DNA of 64,000 nucleotides from a virus, in IMG/VR virus record IMGVR_UViG_3300045988_127579, one strand, 5' to 3'. Position numbers and translations under genes: made by a program. Below, piece after piece: positions 38,896 through 50,402 of this stretch. The notes under the pieces were generated by a model. That model was not told the origin of the DNA and searched no databases. It worked only from the letters and a program-made list of their open reading frames with translations. Every line of letters begins with the position of its first letter. Positions within the stretch are counted from its first letter, which is position 1.

Positions 38896-38928
38896 GTAAT
38901 TACCTCCTTTCTTTAAGGTTTGAGGTAA

Positions 38929-39447
38929 TTACTTTGAAGTTGAGCCAAATCCTCCAAGGCGGTCACCAGAAGCATTATCGTCTTCGGTGATTAAATAAGG
39001 TTTAATAATACCTTGACCAATAACATCACCTTTATGAAGTTGAATATCAAAAGGAGATAAATTAATCATTTGAAAATAAATATGTCCTTCATTATCAGGA
39101 TTATTATAATAATCTGCATCAATAATCCCAACGCCATTAGCAAGAATAAGCCAATATTTTAAAGGGCAAGAACTGCGAACTGACAATTCAAGATATGTAT
39201 TATCATTTAATTCACATTTAATTCCAGTAGGCACAAGAGTTGGTTTTGCTTTAAGATTTTTTGTCATATTACCCATATCTTCAAGAGAAATTGAATCAAA
39301 ATAACGTGTTGGAAATCTATTTAACAAATTCTTGTATGCTGGAATTACAATATCTTCCGCTACTGTAAAATCGTAGCCTGCGGATTTTGCTGTTTTTCTT
39401 ACAGGCAAAACCGCATCAGGATATTTGCTTACTCGTTCAAACTTCAT
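38929..39447 (-). CDS. dut: dUTP diphosphatase
   Basis: Motifs SAGYDF, GVIDADY and RLGGFGSTSK; TAG-free; ends TAA. Confidence 0.85.
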   Translation of the reverse strand: MKFERVSKYPDAVLPVRKTAKSAGYDFTVAEDIVIPAYKNLLNRFPTRYFDSISLEDMGNMTKNLKAKPTLVPTGIKCELNDNTYLELSVRSSCPLKYWLILANGVGIIDADYYNNPDNEGHIYFQMINLSPFDIQLHKGDVIGQGIIKPYLITEDDNASGDRLGGFGSTSK

Positions 39448-39695
39448 TAAAAGCTTACCTCATAATTTACATCAATATTACTAATAGGATCTTTTTCATC
39501 ATTGAATTTCTTAACAAGAGTGACTTGATACCATTCATCGACAATTTCACCCTTAGCCTTTTTTTCTTTCTTTACTGAACTATACTTAGCTAAAATATAT
39601 TTAGTTTCAGCCTTAGCCTCATCAATAAGCGCGGCCGCACTCTCTTCATTATCTACACGATAAACTTCTGTAGCACTTACAAGATACTTATTCAT
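39447..39695 (-). CDS. hypothetical protein (82 aa)
   Basis: ORF in the operon, abutting its neighbours. Confidence 0.5.
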   Translation of the reverse strand: MNKYLVSATEVYRVDNEESAAALIDEAKAETKYILAKYSSVKKEKKAKGEIVDEWYQVTLVKKFNDEKDPISNIDVNYEVSF

Positions 39696-39955
39696 TAACC
39701 TACCTCAACTTTAATTTCTTTTCTATTGGAATAATTTAAATTATTACTTTCATAAATTTTTGGAATTAATTCATTAATAAAATCTTCAATACCATATAAA
39801 CGTATAGTATCAGTATCGTTTTTATAACAAGATGCTACTAAAACATTTGGAAGATCAGAAATACTACAAGTTCCAATAGTTACTGCCATTCCGTCATCAT
39901 AAGTTTTAAAAATATTTTGTTCCATTGAAAATAAATTAATATTACAAACAATCAT
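39695..39955 (-). CDS. hypothetical protein (86 aa)
   Basis: ORF in the operon. Confidence 0.5.
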   Translation of the reverse strand: MIVCNINLFSMEQNIFKTYDDGMAVTIGTCSISDLPNVLVASCYKNDTDTIRLYGIEDFINELIPKIYESNNLNYSNRKEIKVEVG

Positions 39956-40489
39956 TTAATTACACTCCACAATACCAGCATCATATTGGAATAAATAAAA
40001 ACAATAAGATTCATTATCAATATTTATCCAAATTTCAATAGCGCCATTATTATTTTTTTCCCAACCAACAATACTTCCTAATTCTTGACAAAGTATAATT
40101 ACCATACTCGCTAAAGAACCAGTTGAAATAATTGGAGGAATATTTTTGTGAAAAATGGTATAATAATTATAATCTTTACATAATAACATATAATACATTC
40201 CATATTCACTCATTTCATTAATACTACTCATTAATTTATTTAATTCTTCTTTATTAATCGGATCCATTTGTATCATAATATTTTTATTAAAATCATATAA
40301 ATTCATTCCAGTTTGAAATGTAGTAGAATTATCTGACAAATTATTAGTAGTAGTTCCTATCATTACCCATTCATTTCCAGTGTAACAATATTGTTTCTGA
40401 TCTTCACCAGAAATGGCAATAGTTCCTTCTTCGAATTTACGAGGAGAATTATATAATTCTCCCATCGTATTAGTATAAAAAACATTCAT
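39956..40489 (-). CDS. hypothetical protein (177 aa)
   Basis: ORF with AGGAG RBS, downstream of a consensus promoter. Confidence 0.55.
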   Translation of the reverse strand: MNVFYTNTMGELYNSPRKFEEGTIAISGEDQKQYCYTGNEWVMIGTTTNNLSDNSTTFQTGMNLYDFNKNIMIQMDPINKEELNKLMSSINEMSEYGMYYMLLCKDYNYYTIFHKNIPPIISTGSLASMVIILCQELGSIVGWEKNNNGAIEIWINIDNESYCFYLFQYDAGIVECN

Positions 40490-40522
40490 TGTTATATAAT
40501 CTCCTATCTATTTCATAGAAAA

Positions 40523-40551
40523 ATTATATCACAAATTTTCTTTTTTGTCAA
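40523..40551 (-). promoter_or_regulatory. consensus sigma-A promoter: TTGACA, 17-nt spacer, TATAAT
   Basis: On the - strand: TTGACAaaaaagaaaatttgtgaTATAAT; drives gene 39956..40489. Confidence 0.6.
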
Positions 40552-41023
40552 GTTTTAAATTAATAATGTTCTAATTGCGAGAACCGCGCAAAGGTAAAGT
40601 AATATCTCTTTCCTTTTGGATATATGGTCCATCAATTAGATAATCAGCAGTTTTTAGTATATTCTTAATTCTAATATTATTACTATTCTTTAAATCATCA
40701 TAAACATATCCAGTCCATATATATATTTTAATGTTTGGATATATTTTTTTAATTTCAGTAATAACTAAATTAGTTAAAAATTCGTTTTCAGGGCAGAGAG
40801 GTTCTCCACCCATAATACAAAGATTACGCGCAACATTATTCGCATTAATAGCAGTAATTAATTCATCTAATACTTTATTAGTAAATTCTTTGCCACCATT
40901 AAAATCCCACGTTTCAGGATTCTGACATCCTTCACAATGGTGCGGGCACCCTTGTGTAAAAAATGATACACATACTCCGGGTGCCGCCGCCAAATCATTC
41001 TTTATAATTCCTGCATATTTCAT
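40529..41023 (-). CDS. nrdG: anaerobic ribonucleotide reductase activating protein (radical SAM); canonical end is a TAG followed by a 14-codon extension to TGA
   Basis: CxxxCxxC motif CPHHCEGC. Overlaps nrdD by 4 nt. The ORF-track end at 40571 is a TAG. Confidence 0.8.
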
Positions 41024-43341
41024 TCTAATGCTCCTGTATGTTTTACTCTTGCTTCAACTTCTTTTTGTTTACCCCAGTTAAAAGCAGTTTTATAATTGCC
41101 TGTAAGATAGCCAGTTACACGACGTAATTGCTGAATATTATGGCTTCCACACACTGGGCAAGAATCATTAAATTCATCACAATAACCGCATTCAAGGCAA
41201 GTGTCATTAGGAACATTTACTGCGAAATAAGGAATATCATGATCCATAGCATAATTAACAATAGTTTTAAGAGCATCAATATTATGTTTTACAGTAGAAT
41301 CAAGTTCAACATAAGTGATACATCCTGCGGATGAATAACCAGTCAGCTCAGATTCAATATCAATTTTTTCAAATGGACTCATTTCTTTCCACACCGGAAC
41401 ATGAATACTGTTAGTGAAAAATTCTCTATCACTAACATTAGGGATAATTCCATACCTTTCTTTAAATTTCGTCATAGCTGTATAACAAAGATTTTCTGCT
41501 GGAGTATAGTATACACCAAAATTTAATTTATATTTTTCTTTGTATTCAGCGCATCTTTCTTTAAATAATTGTTCAATTTGTTTAGCTAATTCCATTCCTT
41601 CTGAAGTGGTGTGGTCTTTACCAATAAGAATTTGAAGAGTTTCTGCCAAACCTAACTGACCAATAGCAAGAGTTCCATGCTTAAGAGCAGAACGAATTCC
41701 CTCTTCTGGGATATAGCCTGCCATAACGTTATTTTCATACATAAATTTCGCGGAACCTGGATCTTGAGAACAAATCCACTCAAAACGCTCCATTAATTGA
41801 ATACGCGCTTCATTGATTTTTCTATCGAGTAAAGACATAAATCGTTCTACGCCAATTTTAGTCCGTTCTTCTTGAGACAATGATTTATAGTCATCCCAAT
41901 TATCATTTTCATTTAGAGTAACGGCCATCATCGCTAGAGTAGGAAGAATAATAGTAACTGGACAAATATTTCCACGTCCATCTTTAAGCTGGCCGAATCC
42001 ATTAATATCCCATCCATTCGCGGTTCTGCATCCCATCGTAGAAAAATAAGTGCGAGGATCATTAATATCATATCCAGCATTACCGGACCAATCAACATTT
42101 GCATAATTAGGATAAAGGCGTCTTGCGGTGCTTTCTAATGCTAATCTATATAAATCATAGTTAGGATCACCAGGTTTGCGGTTAACACCTTTCATACATT
42201 GGAAAATTCCACAAGGGAAAATCGAAGTTTTATGAAGTTTACCAAGACCTTCAATAGAAACATCTAATAACGCCTTAGTCACCATTCTGCCTTCTGGTAA
42301 GGTGCAAGTGCCATAATTAATACTCGTAAATGGTAATTGGTTACCGCTACGAGACTGTAAAGTATTAAGATTATGGTAAAGACCTTCTGCAGCTTGATGA
42401 GTCTCACGGACAGTCATATCATAGGCATAATCATAAGCCTTTTTATAAGTTTCAGAAGCTAATAAATAACTAACTGCATTTTCTTCTTCAGTTTTTGTTG
42501 TGGCATTTCGGTATGATTGAATAGGCATTTTTGATGTGTCTAAATCTCCTAATACATTATTAACAATATAGTTATAATCATTAGGACTATATAAGTATTT
42601 AACTCCATCTTTAAAATGCTTCCAAAAAGATTTTCTTACATAAGGAACCATAGTCCAATCTAAGTGAGTGGCACTAACTCCGCCAAACTAACAAAGACTT
42701 TGGATTTGAAAAATAACAGCAATTAATTGAAATGCTGTATTAATTGAACCCGCAGGACGAACATCTGCTTGACGAGTATTAAATCCATTAGCAAGCAAAT
42801 TATCAAAAGGAATACTTAAACAGTTATGAGAACCAACATAATAAGAATCAAGATCGTGAGTATATATCATATTATCAATATGATTCTTACGAGCCATAGG
42901 GGAAAGTAAGTAATCAAGTGCAAGTTGTTTGGTGACAACACCACTTGCTTCACCTATACGACCACCGAATGAATGTTCATCAACATTAGCATTTTGATTT
43001 TTTACGTTATTACCATCGAGCTTTTCACGAATTGCTTTAATAAAATCATCTTTTTTATTACGAGCAACTTCTTTTTTATATCTATATCTGATATAAGCAC
43101 GAGCAACATCGCGTCGCTCAGAACGCATTAAATAATCTTCAATCCAATCTTGAAGATCTTCTACTCCAACACTTCCATCGGGGAAATGATTTATTTGTCT
43201 TTCAATGTCTTCCGCGATATCTTTTGCGGTATCATCTTCATATAGTTTACCATCAACTTCAATAAATGCTTTATTTATTGCGTTAATAATTTTCTTTTTA
43301 TTAAATTGAGTTATACTTCCATCACGTTTAATAATATACAA
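41020..43341 (-). CDS. nrdD: anaerobic ribonucleoside-triphosphate reductase (class III), about 773 aa, one in-frame TAG at 42688-42690
   Basis: ORFs 42688..43341 (ATP-cone N-terminus, TTG start, GGAGG RBS) and 41020..42651 are in one frame, joined by TAG + FGGVSATHLDWT. Has the C-terminal Cys cluster and glycyl-radical region RVTGYLTG. Confidence 0.85.
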
Positions 43342-43358
43342 TTTTTTTTGCCTCCAAA

Positions 43359-43399
43359 CTAAATATAGTAGTTCTTTTAGAATATTCTACTATATTTAG
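43359..43399. repeat. 13-bp perfect inverted repeat (CTAAATATAGTAG, 15-nt spacer, CTACTATATTTAG) in the nrdD upstream region
   Basis: Read directly from the sequence; it has no flanking T-run, so it is not a typical terminator. Candidate operator. Confidence 0.5.
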
Positions 43400-43416
43400 G
43401 TTTTGTTAGTAAATAA

Positions 43417-44022
43417 TTATTTATCTTGGTCCATTTCCGCCCATTGCTTAACTTTTTGAGTTAAAAGATTAACAATATTATTATAATCTTCTAATGTTTC
43501 ATTTGTCACAACATTGCACTTAATATCATTCATTAGCTAAAATTGAATTTCATCAGTAGTATATCTTCTAATGATTTCATTTACATCAGGATTTTTTTCT
43601 CTATTTAATTGCCTAATTAAGCGTGTCTTTCCTTTAGCGGTAATATAATATATCTCCAATTCAATTCTATCATCTTTAAGAAGACTTATAATTCCTTCAG
43701 GATTAAAAACACCAATATTAACTTTACTATCAGACAAACTATCAATACTTGTGCCATAATACCAATTATTAAAAGAAGTGGTTTCTAACATTTTATTTTC
43801 ATCAATTAAAGTTAAAAACTGGTCATCTGAAACAAAATGATAATTTTTGTCTGCTATTTCTTTTTCACGCTTCGGGCGCGTAGTGTGGCTTATAATAGGA
43901 TTTAAATATTCCTCTAAGTGGGAAAAGGTAGCCATCATTAGGCTATCTTTTCCCGCACCAGATTTTCCACATAATGCAATAATTTTATACATCTTCTTCA
44001 ATTCCTCCTTGATAACGAGCAT
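43417..44022 (-). CDS. guanylate-kinase-like dNMP kinase with a TAG-bridged C-terminal extension
   Basis: P-loop GKSGAGKDS and motif ISHTTRPKRE. The ORF-track end at 43537 is a TAG, and the frame continues 40 codons to TAA. Confidence 0.65.
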
Positions 44023-47000
44023 CTTTTAAAACTAAATCGCCATTAGATAAAATTTCATCAATTTTATATAATTGATGCCCTCCAGAAGAAGCATATTTTT
44101 TTGACATGAAATTATCTCCATTGCGGATTCCAGAGACTACAATCATATTTCCGCGATTAAACCAAGATTTTTCAACAATATGTTTGGTTCCATCTGCACC
44201 GCGCTCTGAAATTTGTTTATCAAACAAACTAAAATATTCTTTTCTAAATTTTACTTCTACAGGACCAGTAGTAGTAAGGATAGTTACGGTACTTTTAGTT
44301 TTATTTTTGGCAATACAAGTTCCGCAAATTTTAAATAACTTATAAATATGAATAGTATGATTTCCTTTAGTAAAACTTCTATCAATTATTGGGTCTTCTG
44401 GAAGTTTAAAGAAATCTACAAATCCATATTTATCATTGTTAATATTGTTTAATTCATGAGTATGATAATAATAACAAAGAACTTCCATTTCCCAAGCGGA
44501 TAGATTATTTTTATTAGCGTATTTATCCCAATCATCTTTAAATATTTTTATATTCAGATTATTCAAAATTTCATCTTTATTATTAGCAATCCAAGTGCGA
44601 AATATATCCATCCACTTTTGGTATATACCATTCCAAATATTTTCACTTAAAGAATAATTAGTTCCATCAAATTGAATATTATTATCTTCTCCAATTTCTA
44701 CTAAGAAATTAATAGCTCGTTCATCAAGTTGATATAAACCATTATTTTTTGTAGTTTTACAAATTGCTTTTAAATATCTATTAAATTCATAAATACGGCG
44801 AGCCATAATTTGATTTTCATTTTCTTCTGGAAGAAGATCATACTTCATAAGTCCGCCCATATTTTGAAGAGTAATTCTTTTCTTTTTGTCGCAAGTTTCC
44901 CAAATATACCAAATCATTAATTCTTTTCTATCCATCATATTATCAAAAGCTCCGCCTTTAATAAGAGAAATCATAGCTTGTTTACCTGGCTTAATACGAT
45001 ATAAAAATTCTTTAGGATTTGAATAAGGGCGATTGGCAATGATTGTATTAACTAATTCATCACCAACATTTAGCATACCTTTTAGTCCAAAAAGGATTTT
45101 ATTATTTTCAATATCAGGGGCAAATCCAAATTTAGATTTGTTAATATCAGGAAGACCTACTTCAATTCCTGCTTTTTGAATGTCACTAATAGCCTTGGCA
45201 ATTTTTCCATAATCAGTAGCCGCGGTTTTGCGGATTTTGCCACTTTTGTCAGGAAGATCTTCAAATGTTACTCCATTAGCTAAATCATCGCCTTCAGGAG
45301 CATAAATATCGACAATCTCTTCTTCGCTATTATCTTCAAGGGAACCACTATTAACAATTAAACAAGCGGTATCCCAATAGATAGGATTAAAATGAATTAC
45401 TAAGTAAATCATTTGAATTGCTACAAATGAATAAGGAAGGGAATGGTTAAGGCTAAATGCATATCCTAATTGAGGAGCAACTGCAATTTCCCAAAAGTAT
45501 TCAGCAGATTTTTCATTATCAAATTTACTAAATACTTGTTCTCTCAGTTGTGGAATTTTAGCCATTTGCTTTTTAGCAACAATCTTACGCGCAGTATTAG
45601 CTTCACCAAGAGTAAAATGAGCTACATCCATAAGGATTTCCATCATTTGCTCTTGAATAGGACAACATCCATAATATTTATCACAATGCTTATGCATCTT
45701 ATCAATTAATTCTTGTGGAAGATGCTGAGCCTTCATTTCATCATCAAATACTTTAATACCCGAATGTTGAATGCGATAATATCTATCTTGCTGTGATTCC
45801 TTGCCTTTTTCAGACATAAGACGCATCATAGCATTTGCCGCCGTCATTTCCATAGGGTCTTGGGGTTTAAGACGTTTCGCAATTGCTAAACCAACTCCCG
45901 TAGAAAATTGGAATACATCTAATACATCACCCGCGGCAAGGTGGTCCCAAATTGCTTGGTCAGTTGTATCTATTACTTCTGGATGAATATATTTATTATA
46001 GAATTCTCGTAAAGATAATTCTGGAATTTGTTTATCTTTTAGAAGTAATTGATAACAAGTAATAATTTTGTCAGAAGCTTCAGTTACAAGGAAGTCATAT
46101 TTTGTATCTCCCGCGGCTTCCGCTTTATGAAGATCCCAACAAGTAATCATATCTCCACTAGGAGTTCTCATAAATGATGCTGTATCAAATGGATCGTCAC
46201 CATACAAAATAACGCCAGAAGCATGAGAAGAACGTTTATTAACCATTCCTTCAATATATACAATAATATTCAAAAGACCAGGATATTGGTTTACTTCTCG
46301 AATAAATGCTTGAACGGGTTTACGGTCTTTTTCTTCATTACCATAAATAACATCATGGATAGGCCATAAAAATCCACGCTCTTGGGGAATTAATGAAGAC
46401 ATATATTGAGCATTATCAACATCAATTCCTTCTGGAAATTCTTCACTTCTATATCCACGACAAGCAGTTAAAATACTTTGTTTAGTGCCTTCAGTTCCAA
46501 ATGTAGCAACTTGAACCAATCCCAATTCTCCGCGTTCTTTTCTAATTGCTTTAAAAATTGCGGGACGCTTACTTGGGGCAAGGTCAATATCAATATCGGG
46601 CAATTCCGCGCGCTCCTTATTTAAAAATCTCCAATAAGGAAGTCCCCAACGAATTGGGTCTAATTGAGTAATACCTAAAAGATAATTAGATAAAAAGCCA
46701 GTCGCAGAACCACGTCCAGGACCTACAATACTTCCACATTCCCAAAATAAATTAATATAATGTTGGAAAGTATTAAAATAAGCAAAAAGACAGTCATCTA
46801 ATTTTTCGCCAATATCTTTTATGATATCAGCTTCAATTTCAAGTCGTTCCAAATAATTTTTATTATTATAAAGTTGCTTTTCTTGTAAAGCTTTAATACA
46901 TTCATTTACCCAATATCGTTCTTGAATATTGTCGCTATTAATTAAAGAACAGATAATTGGATATTTATCGAACCAATTTGAAGGAATAAATCCTTTCTTA

Positions 47001-47976
47001 TAATCCTTTACTTCAACTTTTGGAATAATTTGTTTTCTTTCTAATGAATAAAAAGAAATTTTATTTTGGATTTCTTGAGTGTTATCAAGAATCCAATTTA
47101 TCAATTCTTTTCCTGTTTTATTACCTTTATCCCAATCATTAGCATAAGGTTCCATTAATTCAAAAATTTCATCACTCGTCATTAAGTAAGTAAATTTATA
47201 AAAATCGTCAACTTCTCTTTCTCCTGGCTTAGAAGTAAGATATGCTTTATGAATGGATCTATCGTCTTTAGTTAAATAATGCGCATCTGTTCCAACTACC
47301 ATTTTTAAATCAAATGCCTTGGCGATTTGATAAATTTTATGATTTACAATTATTTGCTCAGCATCAGTAGATGGCGCACATTCAAGATAAAAATCATCTT
47401 TTCCAAATACTTTAATACAAAAATTGATATAATCAATTATTTGATTATAATATTTAGTTTGAGTTTCAATATCTTTGTTTAATTCAGCTTGGAACATTGG
47501 TAAAATACAACTCCCAAGTTCTCCACCAATACAAGCAGTTGTTGCTATAACATGCCCTTTATATTGTTCCATTACCATTTCAAGTTCACTTTTTAAAGTA
47601 GGAACTCGTTCCATACGTCTATCAACATAACTATGAATCCAAGCAATAGAACTTAATTCTCTTAACGCTTTATGTCCAATGGCATCTTTAGCAATAAGAA
47701 TAAAGTGGTAATATTTTTGTCCGTTATCTCTTGTATCAGTGAGATAAATTTCATTACCAAGAGCAATAGTAAAATCAGGATTTTCTTCTCTTATTTTTTT
47801 TGCATATTGATTTACTTCCATATGCGCAGAAAGGCATTCATGGTCTGTAATAGTTATTCCTGATAGGCCTAATTCTATCGCTTTGTCAATAAGAGCTTGT
47901 GGTCTATTAATACAGTCAAAGTAAGCGGAGATTCGAATACATAGTATGATTATGGATACCAAAATATGATCTCATT
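43985..47976 (-). CDS. dnaE: DNA polymerase III alpha subunit (DnaE family), TAG-free; apparent +1 frameshift needed after 19 codons
   Basis: The 1325-aa ORF 43985..47962 carries PHP and polymerase domains. A well-placed ATG (RBS GGAG, ATGA overlap with the HNH stop) starts a 19-codon frame encoding MRSYFGIHNHTMYSNLRLL (PHP motif HxH[ST]xYS) that stops at TGA inside CTT TGA C. Confidence 0.8.
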
Positions 47977-48637
47977 CTAACTCCAGCCCTCCTTCCAAAT
48001 TCATTATTTTATCAATAAAATAATCTGAAGTAGTATTTGTTTTTATTTTAAAAGCATTCCATTCTTCCATTGTCATATCTCTTTTTGAAAAATTTTCATA
48101 AACTGTTAAAAATTGATAATTTTCTAATTTTTCTTCTCCACCTTTGGAGATTGGAATTATATGATCTAAGCTAGGTTTGGCCCAATCATAAAATGTTTTA
48201 TTTTTATTCTTATTATTATTCCAAAATTGGTATACTTTATTAAATTGTTTATCTTGCCAAAAATATCTTATAATAGTTTTATATTCTTCAATATGATTAT
48301 TATAATAAAGCAAATCTCTATGAGTAATTCTTAATGCTTTATGTAAAAATAAATATTTTTCAAAATCTTCTTTAAATTCATTAAGAAAATCTTCTTCAAC
48401 TTCTATATAAGTTGTTGCTTGGAAAGCTTTTTTCTTTCTATCACAACCACAACTAGTTTGGGTATAATTCCCATTCCCTGTTAAATATGAAGTAGGCACT
48501 TTACAATAATTGCCGCATTCACATTTACACAGCCAATAATTTCCATGGGTTTGTGTCGGACGTTCTTCTATTGAGCAAAGACGTATAACTTTTAATTTTC
48601 CAATTTGTTTATCAGTTAAGTCATATTTTGTAGCCAT
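47972..48637 (-). mobile_element. free-standing HNH homing endonuclease gene (221 aa)
   Basis: HNH motif PSLDHIIPISKGGEEKLENYQFLTVYEN with an N-terminal Cys cluster; TAG-free; located immediately upstream of dnaE. Confidence 0.75.
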
Positions 48638-48738
48638 AAAAAATCTCCTTTAATTTTGTTATATTATTTGAAAATCTAACAATAGAAATTTTTTAAGGTT
48701 GCCCGATTTTCATTTATATTTATATAATATCATATTAT

Positions 48739-49002
48739 TTAATAATAATCAAATCGAGAGATATAATTATCGCATATACTACGAATATCTTTTAAAAAAT
48801 CAGCAAATTCCCTTGACCGAGATGATATCTTATGCATATTATCACAAACCATAGAATTTAATGTATCTAATTCTACATTTAAGTCATGGGTAAAAAGTTC
48901 TAAATTAGAATTTAAATCCTAAGCTAAATCCGCGTCTTTAAGAAACATATTATTTTCAAGTATAGCATTAATACTTGAATTTAAATTAGATGTATTTAAC
49001 AT
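48739..49002 (-). CDS. small hypothetical protein (87 aa), one in-frame TAG
   Basis: RBS AAGGAAG; ATG overlaps the helicase stop; ends TAA. Confidence 0.45.
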
Positions 49003-49003
49003 A

Positions 49004-50203
49004 TTACTTCCTTATAATTACTAATTTATCACTGGCTCTAGTAGCCATAGTATATAAATATTTTTTATGTTCTTCTCGATCAAAAGGATGATTTTCTTCA
49101 AATCCTAATACTTTTCCATACTCACTACCTTGTGCTTTCCAACAGGTAATAGCGTAAGCATAGGAGAAATCAAGTGGAGGATCGAGACATTGTTTATTAT
49201 TTCTTAATTGATAGCATTGGCTACCTGTAAGAGTCCCTTCACCGGTGATAAGTTGTTTATAATCAATTGGAGTCCCACAAAATTTATCTCCATCGCTTAA
49301 AACAATTTGAGTAAACATATAAGTAATAGGAACTTCTGAAATATAATAAGGGACTCGAATGTCTTCAGTATAAAAATCTTCAATAGTTCCAACAGTGCCA
49401 TTAGTTAAGGCCCATACTCGATTCTCAGACATAAAATCCCAGTTATTATGTAACCCAATAATTTTATCTCCAATTTGAGGGACATTAGGATCAAACCCTT
49501 TTCTTAATCGGACTACATTATTAATTTTAGTTCTCGTAGCATTTTTAGCACAAATAATCTAATCTGCCCAATCGTACATTTCAGGTATAACTTGACTTTT
49601 ATCATATACTCTTACTTGTTTTCCTTCTGGACGATAAGAAATTAAAGATTTGCCTTCTCTAATCCACATTGAAAAACGAATAATTTCACTATCTTGCGCT
49701 TGACGCATAATTTCATCGAGAAAAATATGTGGTTTATCTAATACACGATTATTTTCATTAGGATCTACAGGAGGTAATTGACCTGGATCGCCGGCCGCAA
49801 TAATATAAATACCATGGGTTAGCATTAAGTCCCATAACTTTTTAGGAAGCATTGATACTTCATCGACAACAATTACTTTATATTGGGCTAATTCACTGTT
49901 ATCTTTTGGAAAAAATTTAAAAGTTCCATTAGCCATCATTTTAGCTTTATATAAAAGTTTATGCGCGGTTGTCGCATTCGGGCAACCCTTTTGTTGAAGC
50001 ACAGTCGCAGCTTTACCTGTAAATGCTACATAACAAACTTCTTCTTCTGGATCAACATCAAGAGCAGAAATAATAAATTTAATCAAAGTGCTCTTTCCGC
50101 TTCCCGCGTATCCCGCTATACAAGTCCAACGCTCATGGGCGTAATAGCGCTCAACCGCAATTTTCAATCCTTCTTCTTGTTTACGAGTTAATTCCATTTT
50201 CAC
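49004..50203 (-). CDS. SF1B Dda/RecD-like DNA helicase (about 399 aa), one in-frame TAG at 49559
   Basis: ORFs 49559..50203 (Walker A GYAGSGKST, Walker B VVDEVSM) and 49004..49432 (motifs V/VI TCWKAQGSEYGKV) are in one frame bridged by TAG. Confidence 0.7.
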
Positions 50204-50402
50204 ACTCTCCAGGGTTTAATCTATAATATTTATTTTCATCAGCTATAAAATAATCACAAGCCCATTTTAATGTTCCATAAACACCTGTCGTATGTCTATC
50301 TATATTATCTAATTTAGAAATTAATTCTTGAGCTTTATTATAATAAGAACAATTTTCATAATTAGAACAATAATTACATTGTTCTTTCCAGTAAATCCAC
50401 AT
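50181..50402 (-). CDS. small Cys-rich hypothetical protein
   Basis: ORF in the operon. Confidence 0.4.
   Translation of the reverse strand: MWIYWKEQCNYCSNYENCSYYNKAQELISKLDNIDRHTTGVYGTLKWACDYFIADENKYYRLNPGECENGINS

Noticed and set aside
47962-48740. Group I intron splitting dnaE, with the HNH gene as an intron ORF
   Set aside because: The sequence upstream of the HNH gene is its own RBS/5'UTR and the end of a small unrelated gene. No dnaE exon 1 or intron-like structured RNA is evident, so a free-standing HEG plus a local frameshift fits better.
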